Source: Camelus ferus (lineage: Eukaryota). Taken from it: a DNA stretch of 64,000 nt. The notes beneath the pieces are model-generated. The model did no database searches, was not told the DNA's origin, and saw only the letters and a list, made by a program, of their open reading frames with translations. Positions 27,001-37,983 of the stretch are shown piece after piece. Every line of letters starts with the position of its first letter. Positions within the stretch are counted from its first letter, which is position 1. Location: positions 113,648,001-113,712,000 of the forward strand of contig NC_045697.1 in the NCBI RefSeq assembly GCF_009834535.1, in the 5' to 3' direction. Position numbers and translations under genes: made by a program.

Positions 27001-27205
27001 CTATTGATCAAAAGTTTTTAATCCTTCATTTTGTTTATGAGGTGCATCATATTGATTGATTCGCAGTCCTGAGTCATCCTTACATCCCTGGAATAAATCC
27101 CAGTTGATCATGGTACATGGCTCTTTTAATGTGTTGTCAAATTTGGTGTGCTAATATTTTCTTGAGGATTTTTGCATTCATGTTTTGCATTTTGCATATT
27201 TCCTC

Positions 27206-27206
<1 letters not shown>

Positions 27207-27234
<28 letters not shown>
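27207..27234. repeat. (TTGA)7 microsatellite at the retrocopy tail/TSD junction
   Basis: Direct reading. Confidence 0.95.
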
Positions 27235-27236
<2 letters not shown>

Positions 27237-27456
27237 TTTCAAGTCAAATGGTATGTGTATTGGTGGTCTGTTATTCGGTGAGGTGAGAAGATCTCAATGT
27301 GGGACACTCTTCAAGCCTCATTCTGGCTTCCTGTTGTACCGAAGGACCCATGACAGGGGCTGACAGTGAGTGGTCAACAGGCAAACGGCTGCCGGTTCCC
27401 GTTTCTACAGTGATTCATTCCGTAGCTCTAGGGAACTTTTTGTTTGTTTTTCTTCA

Positions 27457-27555
<99 letters not shown>

Positions 27556-27840
27556 TTAGCACCACCTTTTCCTCCAGTGATGATTGCCCCTGTGTGACCC
27601 ATTCTTCTGCCCGGAGGAGCGGTTAAACCAGCAATGAAGGACCTGAATTATGTTGCTTCAAGTATTCTGCAGCATTTTCTTCTGCCTTACCACTAATTTC
27701 ACCAATCGATATGATGCCTTCTGTGGCTAGATCATTCAGAAAGATTTCCAGGCAGTCAGTAAAATCTGTCCATTTAAAAGGATCAACTCTGATGCCAATG
27801 CACAAAGACTGCCCCAATCCAACTTGTGTTGTTTGGTGAA

Positions 27841-27900
27841 CTGCTGGTAAACAAGCTGCTGGGAAACAAGCCGCTGGACAACAAGCAGCTAGAAAACAAG
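27841..27900 (+). repeat. 15-bp tandem repeat x4 at the start of the LTR U3
   Basis: ctgctggtaaacaag / ctgctgggaaacaag / ccgctggacaacaag / cagctagaaaacaag. Confidence 0.9.
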
Positions 27901-28531
27901 CCACACCTAGATTTCTCTGAGCTTAAAATATTATATTCACACTTACTTGCTTAAAATGCACATGCTTGCTCTGTTTTAATGTTTTACGCAGTAGATGACC
28001 TATAGCACGAATTTTACTAAAGAAAATTTGTGAGAGGCAAGCCTGAGATTGACCATAAGAGCACGGAAGAGGGCAGATATTTCCTTAGGGTGAAACAATG
28101 GACGGACCTGGAAAGCCAGATCATCCATTAACAGAGCTTTGTTCTGGCATGAAAGCATGCGGTTAAGCCCAGGGGAAGTATTTGCTATCTCAAGATGGCC
28201 CGGAGGCAGTAACAGGATAGACTTAGAAATTCTGCATACCCCGAGGAGGGTGATTGTTCCTGCAAGGGATAGGCCTGAAATTCATCAGTTAATCAGCAAG
28301 CAGAACTTAGTGCTTATCAGATGGAATATCCAAAGCCCCACCTCTCTGATGGTATTTTTTTCTGAGCTGTGTACTCCTAATAAATATGATGTCGGCCAGG
28401 CTTTCAGGACTCTAGATCCACGAGATCTTGAGTCCCCTGATCCCATCTTTGCTCTTTACTTTGTCTCTTTGTTTCTTAAGTCTTGCGTCGCCCGTCCTCA
28501 GACACGGTTCCGAGCTGCGCTGGACACAGCA
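27842..28531 (+). mobile_element. Solo LTR, 690 bp, ERVK/class II (betaretrovirus-like)
   Basis: Inverted termini TGCTG...CAGCA. Perfect 6-bp TSD GTGAAC at 27836-27841 and 28532-28537. AATAAA at 28379-28384 is followed by a pyrimidine-rich U5 (gtcccc..tactttgtctct..) like ERVK LTRs. Removing it restores the SUCLG1 frame (..AVH|QTT..). Confidence 0.93.
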
Positions 28532-31500
28532 GTGAACCGCCTGGTAAGTCAGGGTGCCAGATCTGGACACGATACCAATTCTTCCTTTCTTGTGAATGTG
28601 GCCAAGCATGATGCCAATTTTGCATTCTCCAAGGCTGATGACTCCAGGGCAGTTTGGCCCGATCAGCCTGGTCTTGTCCTGGCGCAGCAGTCTGTGCTTG
28701 ACCCGCACCATGTCCTGCTGCGGGATGCCTCCCATGATGCACACAACCAAGGGCGCTTCTGCGTCAGTGGCTTCACGGATGGTGGCAGCAGCAAAAGGAG
28801 GAGGGACATCAATGACAGATGCTGTCGCCCCTGTCTGTTCTTTGGCCTCCTTCACGGTATTAAAGACCGGTAGGCCCAGGTGCGTCTTGCCTCCTTTCCC
28901 TGGAATGGTTCCTCCAACGAGTTTGGTGCCATATTCCAATGCCTGCTGGCTATGAAAGGTGCCCTGCTTACCAGTGAAACCCTGGCAAATAACCTTCGTA
29001 CTTTTAGCAACATGGAGATGCTTCCGGGAAGCCGCGTAGGCACAATGCCGGATTCTGTTCTGTTGCAGGAGGAAGGAGCGCGACAGGAGGCGGGCGGCGG
29101 CGAGGGCTGCGGTCATCCGCCAATGACTGATTTATTTGTTGACCCCTTGGTTTTACCGTATCATGTTTTTAGCCTCCATGTGTTTGTAGTTTTTCCAGTT
29201 TTCTTCCTGTTGGGGGGTTTCTGTTTTATACCACTGACTTTGGAAAAGTTGTTTAACATGATTTTGATCTTAAATTTATTGAGACTTGCTTTGTGGCCTA
29301 GAATGTGATTTATCCTGGAGAATATATTCCTCGTATACTTGAAAACTTGTGTGTTTTGCTGTTTGAGAGTGTAATGTCCTTTATATAGCTATTAAGGTCG
29401 TCTGAACTAAGGCCAGTGTGTCCTTATGTATTTTCTGTCGGGAAGATCTGCCTATTAATGTAAGTGAAACGTCAAAGTCCCCTGCTACTATCGTATTACC
29501 TTGTTAGTATCTTTTTTCGTGTCTGCTAACGTTTGTTTTGTGTATTTAGGTGCTCCTACGCTGAGTGTATACCCATTTATGTGTTACATCCTGTTGTTGG
29601 ATGAATCCCTTTGTCATTATGTAATACTCTTCTTTTTTTTTTTTTTGTTACCTTTTTTATTTTAAAGTATATTTTGTCCAAATATTTCTCCAGCTTTCTT
29701 TTCATTTGCATTTGAACGGAATGCATTTTTCTATCTCTTCACTTTCAGGGTGTGTGTGTCTTTAGCTCTGATGTCTCTTGTGGGCAGCATATGTAGGTCT
29801 GATTTTTATCCATTCAGCCATCCAAGGTCTTTTGATTGAAGCATTTAGTCCATTTATCTTAAAATAAACTATCAGTAGGCATGTGCTTAGTGTCATTTTG
29901 GTAAATGTTTTTTAGTTGTTTATGTAGTCCTTCTCTGTTCCTCTCGTCTTCTTTTGTTCTGTTCCCTTGAGATTTAATGTCTGTCTTTAGTGTTGTGTTT
30001 GTATCTCTTTCTCTTTATTTTTTGTGTATTTGTCACAGGTTTTAGCATGTGGTTACCATGAGGTTCATATATAACAACCTATGTATCTAGCAGTTTGCTT
30101 TAAATTGATGGTAACTTAAGTTCAAGTATATTCTGAAAGCAATATATTTTTACTGCATGTTCAGTCTTTATGTTTTTGGTGTCATATATCACATATTTTA
30201 ATTTTGTGTATGCAATAATTTGCATATAGATGATTTTATTACTTTTGTCTTTATTCTTTATAGTAGCTTTATAGATAATTGATCAACTCTCTTTACCACA
30301 TGTTTGTCTTTACCAGTGAGATTTTATTTCATAATTTTCTTGTTTCTATTTAATGACTTATTTTTTTTTAATTTAAAGAAGTATCTTTAACATTTCCTGT
30401 AAACCCAGTTTAGTACTGATAAAATCCTTTAGCCTTTGATTGTCTGGGAAATTCAGAATCTATCCTTCAGTTCTAAATGGTAATCTTGCTATAAAGTACA
30501 TTTTTGACTATAAGCTTTTTTCCTTTCAGTACTTTGAATATGCCTTGCAAGTCTTTTCTGGCATGTAAATTTTCTGCTAAAAAATCAGCTAATATTCTAA
30601 TGGGGATTTCCTTGTACATAACTAGTTGTTTTTCTTTTACTGCTTTTAGTTTCTCTCTAACTTTAGACACTTTAATTATAATGTGTCTTGTTACTGGTCT
30701 CTTTGGGTTTTTTTTTGTTTGGGATTCTGTGCTTCCTGAGTTTGGATGTCTCCTTCACTGGTTTAGGAGAGTTTTATCCATTATTTTTTCAAATATGTTG
30801 TCCCTGGCTCTCTTCTTTTTCTAGGATCCTTATAACACAAATGTTAGTATGCTTGATGTTGTCCCAGAAGGTCCTTAAGCTATTCTCTCTCTCTCTTTTT
30901 TAATTCTTTCTTCTTATTGCTGTTCAGATTGGCTGATTTTCACTACCCTGTCTTCCAGATCACTGATCTATTCTTCTTCATCCTCTAATCTGTCACTGAG
31001 TCCCTCTAGTCTATTTTTCATTTCAGTTATTGTATTCTTCAGTTCTGATTTTTCTTTTTTATATTTTCTATCTTGTTGAAATTCTCTTTGTGTTTATCCA
31101 TTCTTCTCCCAAGTTTGGTGGGCAGTTTTATGACTAGTTCTTTGGATTTTTGTATCTACTAAATTACTTATGTTCATTTCTTTTAGTTCTTCTTCTGGGA
31201 TTTTGTCTTGCACTTTCATTTCCAAGGTGTTTCTTTGTCTCTTCCTTTTTCCTAACTCTTGGTGTTTCTTTCTGTATTTTCTGATCTTTAAAACTGTCTT
31301 TATGTAGAATGTCTCCTGTAAGGTCCAGTGACACAGTTCCCTTGTTCACCAGAGCCAGTTGCTCCATGGGTATCCCCTTTGTGGGCTACTTGCATTCTCT
31401 TGATTTGGTTGGGCCATGTTTGCTGCATGTGTGTTTGTGAGCAGGGTTGGGCCCAGGCTAACTGGATGTGAGGCCTGGCCATGACTGCTGTGGGCACACT

Positions 31501-31882
31501 GGTAGACGAGGCCAGTCCAAGGCCTGTCTGTCTGTGTGGCTTTGCTGCAACTGCTGTGGACACCCTGGTGGGTGGGGCTGGTCCCTAGCTCAGCTGTCTA
31601 GGGAGCCTGGCTACGAATGCTGTGGGTGAACTGGTGGGTAGAGCTGGCCCACAGCTCAGGTGACTGAGAGGTTGGACCACATCTGGAGTGTGCACACTCA
31701 TGTGTGGGGCTGGCCTCCTACAGCAGAAGACACTTTGGATGGGCACTGGTGTTTATCAGGGTCATCTACCAAGTAGGGCAGGACAGGGGACACTTTGGAA
31801 GGTGTTGGTGCCTACCAGGGCCACCAACTGAGTAGGGCAAGGCAGTGATCTGTTTTGAAGGGCAAAGTAGGGCAGATGGTTT

Positions 31883-32409
31883 TGCTACCAAGTCCAAGTC
31901 ATCCTGCTCACTGAACCACAGGCCAGTCAATTGAGAGAGGAGGTGTTGGGAGAAGGAACAGCAATTTTATTCAGAAAGCCAGCTGGAAGAGAAGGTGGTG
32001 GACTGGTGTCCTAAAGAGCCATCTTACCTGGGTTTGGATGCCAGCTTATTTTATAGAACAAAGAAGGAGACATGAGCAGATAAAGTAAAAAAGGCAATAA
32101 GTTGTTGCAAATATTTCCTGATTTTGGCCAGACTCCAGAGAGGATGTGTTAATTTCTTCTTTCCTAGTAGCCATTCATAGGTGGGCCTGGTCAGCGTAGT
32201 TGACTGTGAGCTAAATAAAGGTGTTTTAGCTTAATGCTCAGGCATGGGAAGCAGGGGTCTCAGGTATGAGTCAGTATGCATACTTTAAGCTATAGACAAC
32301 ATCCCTTTAGTGATTAACTTGTAACAAAAGCAATGGAATACAATACAATACAAAGGTTAAAGTAAAAGAAACAGATCCTGTATGGAGTCAGATGTCATCT
32401 TTTCCATCA
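31883..32409 (-). mobile_element. Solo ERV LTR inserted in the L1 5'UTR
   Basis: TG...CA-bounded block unrelated to the flanking L1 5'UTR. TTTATT (minus-strand AATAAA) at ~31966 and TTTTATA (minus-strand TATAAAA) at ~32049 are in LTR order. The TSD is not clean. Confidence 0.7.
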
Positions 32410-33507
32410 TGATCTTGGCAGGGTGGGCCTCAGGGGAATGCTAGGGCAGGGCACACAGCCCTTATTTAGGCTGATGGAGATTAAAAGAATGATGTCTGCC
32501 AGCATCCAAGCCAGCTCAGTGGAAGGGGAGTAAAATAAATGCTGTCCACCAGCATTCCTGTCCCTGGAGAAAGATCCCCCAGGTCCGTGCCCCTCTGAAA
32601 CATGACCTAAGGTAGATCAATGCATCTCCTACTTGTACGACTCAGGCACTTTTCAAGCTGCTGCCTTTGCACTGGGACTTGGAGCAAATAAGTCTGTGTG
32701 TAGGTCCTTCGAGTGTAGAGTCTTGGTTTCCCACAGCCCTGACTCTCCTGCATGCAAGCCCCACTGGCTTTCAAAGCCAGATATGATGGTGGCTTGTATT
32801 CCCAATAGAGGACCCCTGGGCTGGGGAGCCCAGTGTGGGGTCTGACCCTTCACTTCTCTGGGGAGTCCTCCACAGTTGTGACGCCCTCCCACTTGTGGGT
32901 GGCTGCACCAGAAGTCAAGATTCTGACTAGACCATGTTTCTGACCCTCCTACTCATCTCCATGTGGCTTTTTCTTTACATCCTTAGTTGTAGAAAATCTG
33001 TTCTGCTAGTCTTCAGGTTGTTCTCAGAGACAGTTGTTCTATATGTAGTTGTAGTTTTCATGTGTCCGTGGGAGGAGGTGAGCTGAGGATTTTCCTGCTC
33101 TGCCATCTTGGTCTCCACCTCCATATTATTTTTATGGTTTTCATGTGACATAGATATCAACCAGAGATTAATACAATGGCTCACAGATTTGGGTCTCAAT
33201 TTTTTAGGCAGAAAGTGACAACATCTTCCTCTGAGGAAAGGGTTTTTTGTATTATATGAGATGAGAGCAGAGTTTCACTGTTAATGTCATTTACAATGAG
33301 AGAATCTTAGATTGCAATAATTAGTCGAAAAGTGTTTAAGGATCTTGAGAAGCAAAAAGAGAATAGCAGACTCTTGCAATTGACAATGGGCATCAATTTC
33401 TACTGAATTCTGTGTTCCCTTGCTCTTCTTTTGTAGGGTCTGGAATGCTAAATTTGCATATTCATGACTCCTTTGCCATTATGGTCTGGATGAATTTAAA
33501 TTCTACT

Positions 33508-34000
33508 GTGGAAATAAATGAAGGACAGTCAAATAAACCTGCTGTAGCAAGGGACTGACTCACTGTCACTTGCAAGCTGGCAGAGACTCAAAGGCAGGCA
33601 GAGGAGTGGAAAAGCTATATAGCAGAACAAAGGAAGGGTCAAGTGTGCCTGACTGGAGGCCATTGGCTGCCGAGAAGCAGAATGTCCCATGTGACTGGTT
33701 ACAAGTGCGTTATTGGCTTTCTCTAGGTTGAGAATGGGAATCAAAGTTAGAGAAGCTGTTAGTTATTAAGCAGGTCCTGGCCATTCGGCCCGATTGTCAC
33801 AGGAATGATTGTTTAGCTTCCTGGATTGTCACTAGAGATAGCAGTCTGACTTCCTACAGATCTGACCTACAGTCAAAAGACTTTCTGCGCTGTTTACTAT
33901 AGTGAGCTGTTGGGTTCCTGGGCAGGTTTCTGCAAGTTGCAGGTCAGAATTGTCTTTGTATATATGGTTTGGCCTTTGTCTGTTTATAGTCAGTCTCTTA
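33508..34000 (-). mobile_element. ERV LTR-like remnant
   Basis: aaagctatatag (TATA-like), ATTGG boxes (CCAAT on minus) and LTR-like composition. Boundaries approximate. Confidence 0.5.
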
Positions 34001-34034
34001 CTACCAAATTAACCCCAAATTAAATAGATCCTCA

Positions 34035-34186
34035 CAAGTTTTTTTTTTTTTTAATCTTTATGTCTCCTTTTATTTTTTATTTAGGTCTTTTTTTTTTGGG
34101 TGGTATCTAGGTTTATTTATTTATTTTTAGGGGAGAGACTGGGGATTGAACCCAGGACCCTGAACCATTTAAGCTACACCCTCCCC
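34035..34186 (-). mobile_element. Internally deleted copy of the same tRNA-derived SINE
   Basis: ggggattgaacccaggaccc...agctacaccctcccc with a T-rich tail to the left. It lacks about 20 bp of the anticodon-arm region present at ~26955-26980. Confidence 0.8.
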
Positions 34187-34740
34187 TGGCCAGAAAATAG
34201 TTAGAGGCAATTTTTCTCAGTAGTTGAAGAGTGGAATTTTTCAGATGTGGATTTTACAGTGGTTGGACACTAGCCCTATTATCCTATCACCAATTTTACA
34301 GAGCAGGGCAGCTGTAATTTCAGCCACTGGCAGGGGCCAGAAGTTCTTGAATCTGGCTTACAGACACAGTGTTTTGCATTTATAGAATACACTACATTGA
34401 AAGGAATAAAATGTATTTTAAAAGTAATAATGAAAGTCATCACAAATAAGAAGAGAACATTTATTATATATGTACACAGTACACATATACAGAGATTTAT
34501 CTATCTATATATATCTCAAGAGAGAAACTTTATGTTCATAACTACAATAATAGTAACTGAAGGCAAATACATTATGTGTTAGAGAAAAGTTGAAATCAAT
34601 GGGATGAATGGCTAAGAATATGGGAGCTACTTTTGAAGTACAAGTCCAAATGGATGGCTAAAGTGAGTTGTAAGGTCAACACGGTCACCACTGACAGCTA
34701 CCTTATTGACCCATTAGAATGATAAATAATAAGAAGTTTC

Positions 34741-35250
34741 ACCATAGCCAATACAGAAACAACCCAAATGCCCATCAACAGATGATTGGCTGAGGAAGAT
34801 GTGGTACATATATGCAATGGAATAGTACTCAGCCATAGAAAAGAATGAAATATTGCCATTTGCAGCAACATGGAGGGACCTAGAGAATAGTAAATGAAGT
34901 AAGTCAGACAGTGAAAGACATATTATATGATATCACTTATATGTGAAATCTAAAAATTAATACAAATGAATGTATATGCAGAACAGAAACAGACTCACAG
35001 ACAGAAAACAAACTGTGGCCACCAAAGGGGAGAGGGAGAGGGAGGGACAAATTAGAGGGACGGGATTAACAGATGCAAACAACTATACATGAAATAGACA
35101 AGTGACAAGGACTTACTGTATAGAACAGAGTTTCATATTCAATACTTTGTAAAAACCTATAATGGAATGCAATAGGAAAAAAATATAACTGAATCACTTT
35201 GCTGTACACCTGAAATTAACACAACATTGTAAATGAACTACAATAAAACA
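34741..35250 (+). mobile_element. L1 3' fragment (ORF2 end plus 3'UTR)
   Basis: aacaacccaaatgcccatcaacagatgattgg...atattgccatttgcagcaacatgg...gctgtacacctgaaattaacacaacattgtaaatgaacta. Confidence 0.88.
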
Positions 35251-35637
35251 ATTTGAATTTCAACAGTTAATATTTTATAAAATCTATACAATATAAATTA
35301 TTTTTGTACTATAGGCCTGTACTTAAGTGTGAATTTGTTCTATAGAATAGTGTTTGGAAGTTTCAGTTTTTCCATTATAAACAGCGTGGCTGGCTCTAGG
35401 CATGTGCTCTTGTCCTTTGCTGCCACCGTGTGGTTATACAAAGAAATAATATAAAGAGTTTCACTTCGCTCACTTTTTTTTTTATGTTAATCGTCAAGGG
35501 GAATTTAGAAAAGCAAATTTTTAAAAAAATTAAATGTTAGGTCACAATCCTAACATGTAATTCTTAGAGCAAATAAAATAATGAGACAAATAAGTTTGTT
35601 ACACTAAAATACATACATACAAAAATATATACATATA

Positions 35638-35850
35638 TTATATATAACGCACATATATATAAACAACATAGCTCTGTCTATATATCATATGTAATATATG
35701 ATATATAATCTATAACCTATCCTAATTTATATCTATATACTTGTTATATATAATGCACATGTAAATAAATAACATAGCTCTGTCTACATATAATATATGA
35801 TATATAATATTAACATATAACCTATCCAAATATATATCTCTAACTATATT
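35638..35850. repeat. AT-rich tandem duplication, ~106-bp unit x2, within TA-rich low-complexity DNA
   Basis: aacatagctctgtcta at 35665 and 35771, with matching ttatatataaYgcacat upstream and tataacctatcc downstream in both copies. Confidence 0.8.
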
Positions 35851-36469
35851 TTATATAATGTATTTTATATATACATATATACATTTGTATTTATATATAA
35901 TAGAGATATAGATATTCAATATCTATGAGTATATGTCAATATATAGAGAGAAATCTACTTATTTGTTATTCATTGTTTATCAACAATTTTAATGTCTCTT
36001 GGTTTGTGAGGAAAAATCTGAGAAAAAGGAGTTTAAGAGACACAATATTCTTTACACTGGGGGTCACTGGCCCTCCTTTTCCCACCCTCCAGAGTGAGCT
36101 AGGGCTGTAATCCAGGACAAAAGCCCTCCCTCTCCCTACCTCATCGCTTCCTTTCCAGCTGTCTTTCCTGCATAGTAGATTCATTAGGAGACCAGAAATG
36201 CCCTTATATCTCTGAGCCATCAATATCAATATCGGTCATTAAAAAAATCATAAACCAGTCATTTTTTTTCCAAGAGTATGTTGGCTTTAACATCTTTGCT
36301 TGTAATCAGAGTGACTGTGGAATTCAGAATCTAAACTGGATGATTTTAAGAGTGAAAAGTTGTAGTATGAATAATCACAGCAAGACAACTGGTTTGAAAC
36401 CAGATTGCCCAGCTGCTGAAAATGTACCAACAAGCCGCCTAATGATACACGAACCTACACTGTTACATA

Positions 36470-36641
36470 CAAGGTGGGCTTCACGTGCTGTCACCTGGCG
36501 GTCTCACAGATCACCACACTCAGCAGGAGCATATGCTTCCTTAACTCCCTGCTGTTCCTGACCTGAAATTCTTAATTTTGAACATGGGGTCATGCACGTT
36601 TATTCTGAACTGCATCTTGCCAATTATGAAGACAATCCTGG
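36470..36641 (+). mobile_element. hAT-type DNA transposon relic (MER91-like)
   Basis: ctgctgttcctgacctgaaattcttaattttgaacatgggg...ccaattatgaagacaatcctg resembles the recalled MER91 consensus end. Confidence 0.5.
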
Positions 36642-37134
36642 ATATAGAATTTTTAAATTGTCTCATTACTCTGTATTTCATAAGAAAACTCAGCTACCTC
36701 CTTCATATTTTCGCCACCAGCCAAAAACGTCATACCATTCCAAAACAAAACTTTTACAGACACTGTCTTACTCATGTATGCACCACAAAAACAAGTTGTG
36801 GTTTCCCCCATAAGAAAATTATATAGAATATTCTTTTTTTTCCTATGTACTGGTCATTTTTTTACCCTATATTTCTCCCTTTTTTAATTAAAATAATTTT
36901 AGAAATATTCTTTAAGTTCAAAAAAATAATATACTGGTAGTTCTCACACTGCATCATTCTGATATGCACAGATTTTAGTTGCTGTGGTTTAGTTAAATAA
37001 TATCAGGTCCCCAGTAGTGCTGTTCAAATTCTGGCCACTGTGGTCTATTCACTGGGGAAAGTTACATAAAGCACAAACCTCACTGTTAGCATTTCAGTTC
37101 ACACATTCCAAAGTAAATAGCTGATGTGCGAGGC

Positions 37135-37497
37135 AGGCTCAAGATGGTGTGGGAGGAAGGCGCTGAACTCCCCTCCCTTCATGAAGGCACCACGACCACA
37201 TACAGAAAGACTCTCTCTGAAAATGACCGGAAGACTGGCAGAAATGCTCTTCCACAACCCAGGGTGTAAACAGAAAAATGCACTGAGACAAGTAGGAAGG
37301 AAGAAAAGCGATCTAGTTAGGACTCACGTGTCCTCGCCAGTGGGCGAGCCAGAGCAGGAGGGGATACCACAAGCTCAGAGATTCCTCAAGTCCTGCCTTG
37401 GGCACCCCCGCCCTGGGGACCAGTGCCAGAAGACGAGCCCCCTTTGCTGGTTTGAAAACCAGTGGAGCTTACAGGAGGGCTGTGGGAAACAGACTCC
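37135..37497 (+). mobile_element. Isolated L1 5'UTR fragment
   Basis: caagatggtg...gaactcccctcc...ctctctgaaaatgaccggaagactggcagaa...gctggtttgaaaaccagtgg...ctgtgggaaac is the reverse-complement homolog of 32720-33112. Confidence 0.8.
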
Positions 37498-37983
37498 TGT
37501 TTAATGAACAAAGTCAAGCAAGACAAAATAATAACAGTTTATCCATTAAAAAAAAAAGCAAGGACCTTTATTTCCTCTTCGAGGGCTGTAGGTAATATTC
37601 TGAGCCATGTCCTACAGCTGTTTTGCAGAGACAACTCCCACCAGGTGGAAGATGTTAACTGCATGATGACTATGAGCACAGAGCTCCTGGACCGGTTGGA
37701 ACCAGAAGGTTGATGGTTGATATTCCTGAAACATCACCCTGTTACCCAATATCAACCAACCAGAGAATCCATCATCAGCTGATCATGCACCCCGTGACCC
37801 TCTCCCTCACACTGTCTTAAAAGCCCTTCCCCAAAATCCATCAGGGAGTTTGAGTCCTTTGAGCATAAGCTGCCTTTCTCCTTACCTGGATTTGCAATAA
37901 ATACTGTGTTTCACAATTCGGTGTTCAATAGATTGGCTTTGCTGTGCATCTGGTGAACAAATTCAAGTTTGGTTTGGTAATAA
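37498..37983 (+). mobile_element. Solo ERV LTR
   Basis: Starts TGTT directly after the L1 5'UTR fragment. A TATA-like ttaaaa (~37817) and AATAAA (~37896) precede a U5-like end tcaagtttggtttggtaa. Confidence 0.65.

Noticed and set aside
27841..27900. CRISPR-like or protein repeat (ACFPA)n
   Set aside because: No spacers, mammalian context. It is a 15-bp tandem repeat within an LTR, and the peptide repeat is its antisense translation.
28139..28873. 244-aa plus-strand ORF as a novel gene
   Set aside because: It starts at TTG in the LTR and its second half is the antisense shadow of GC-rich SUCLG1 codons. There is no independent support.
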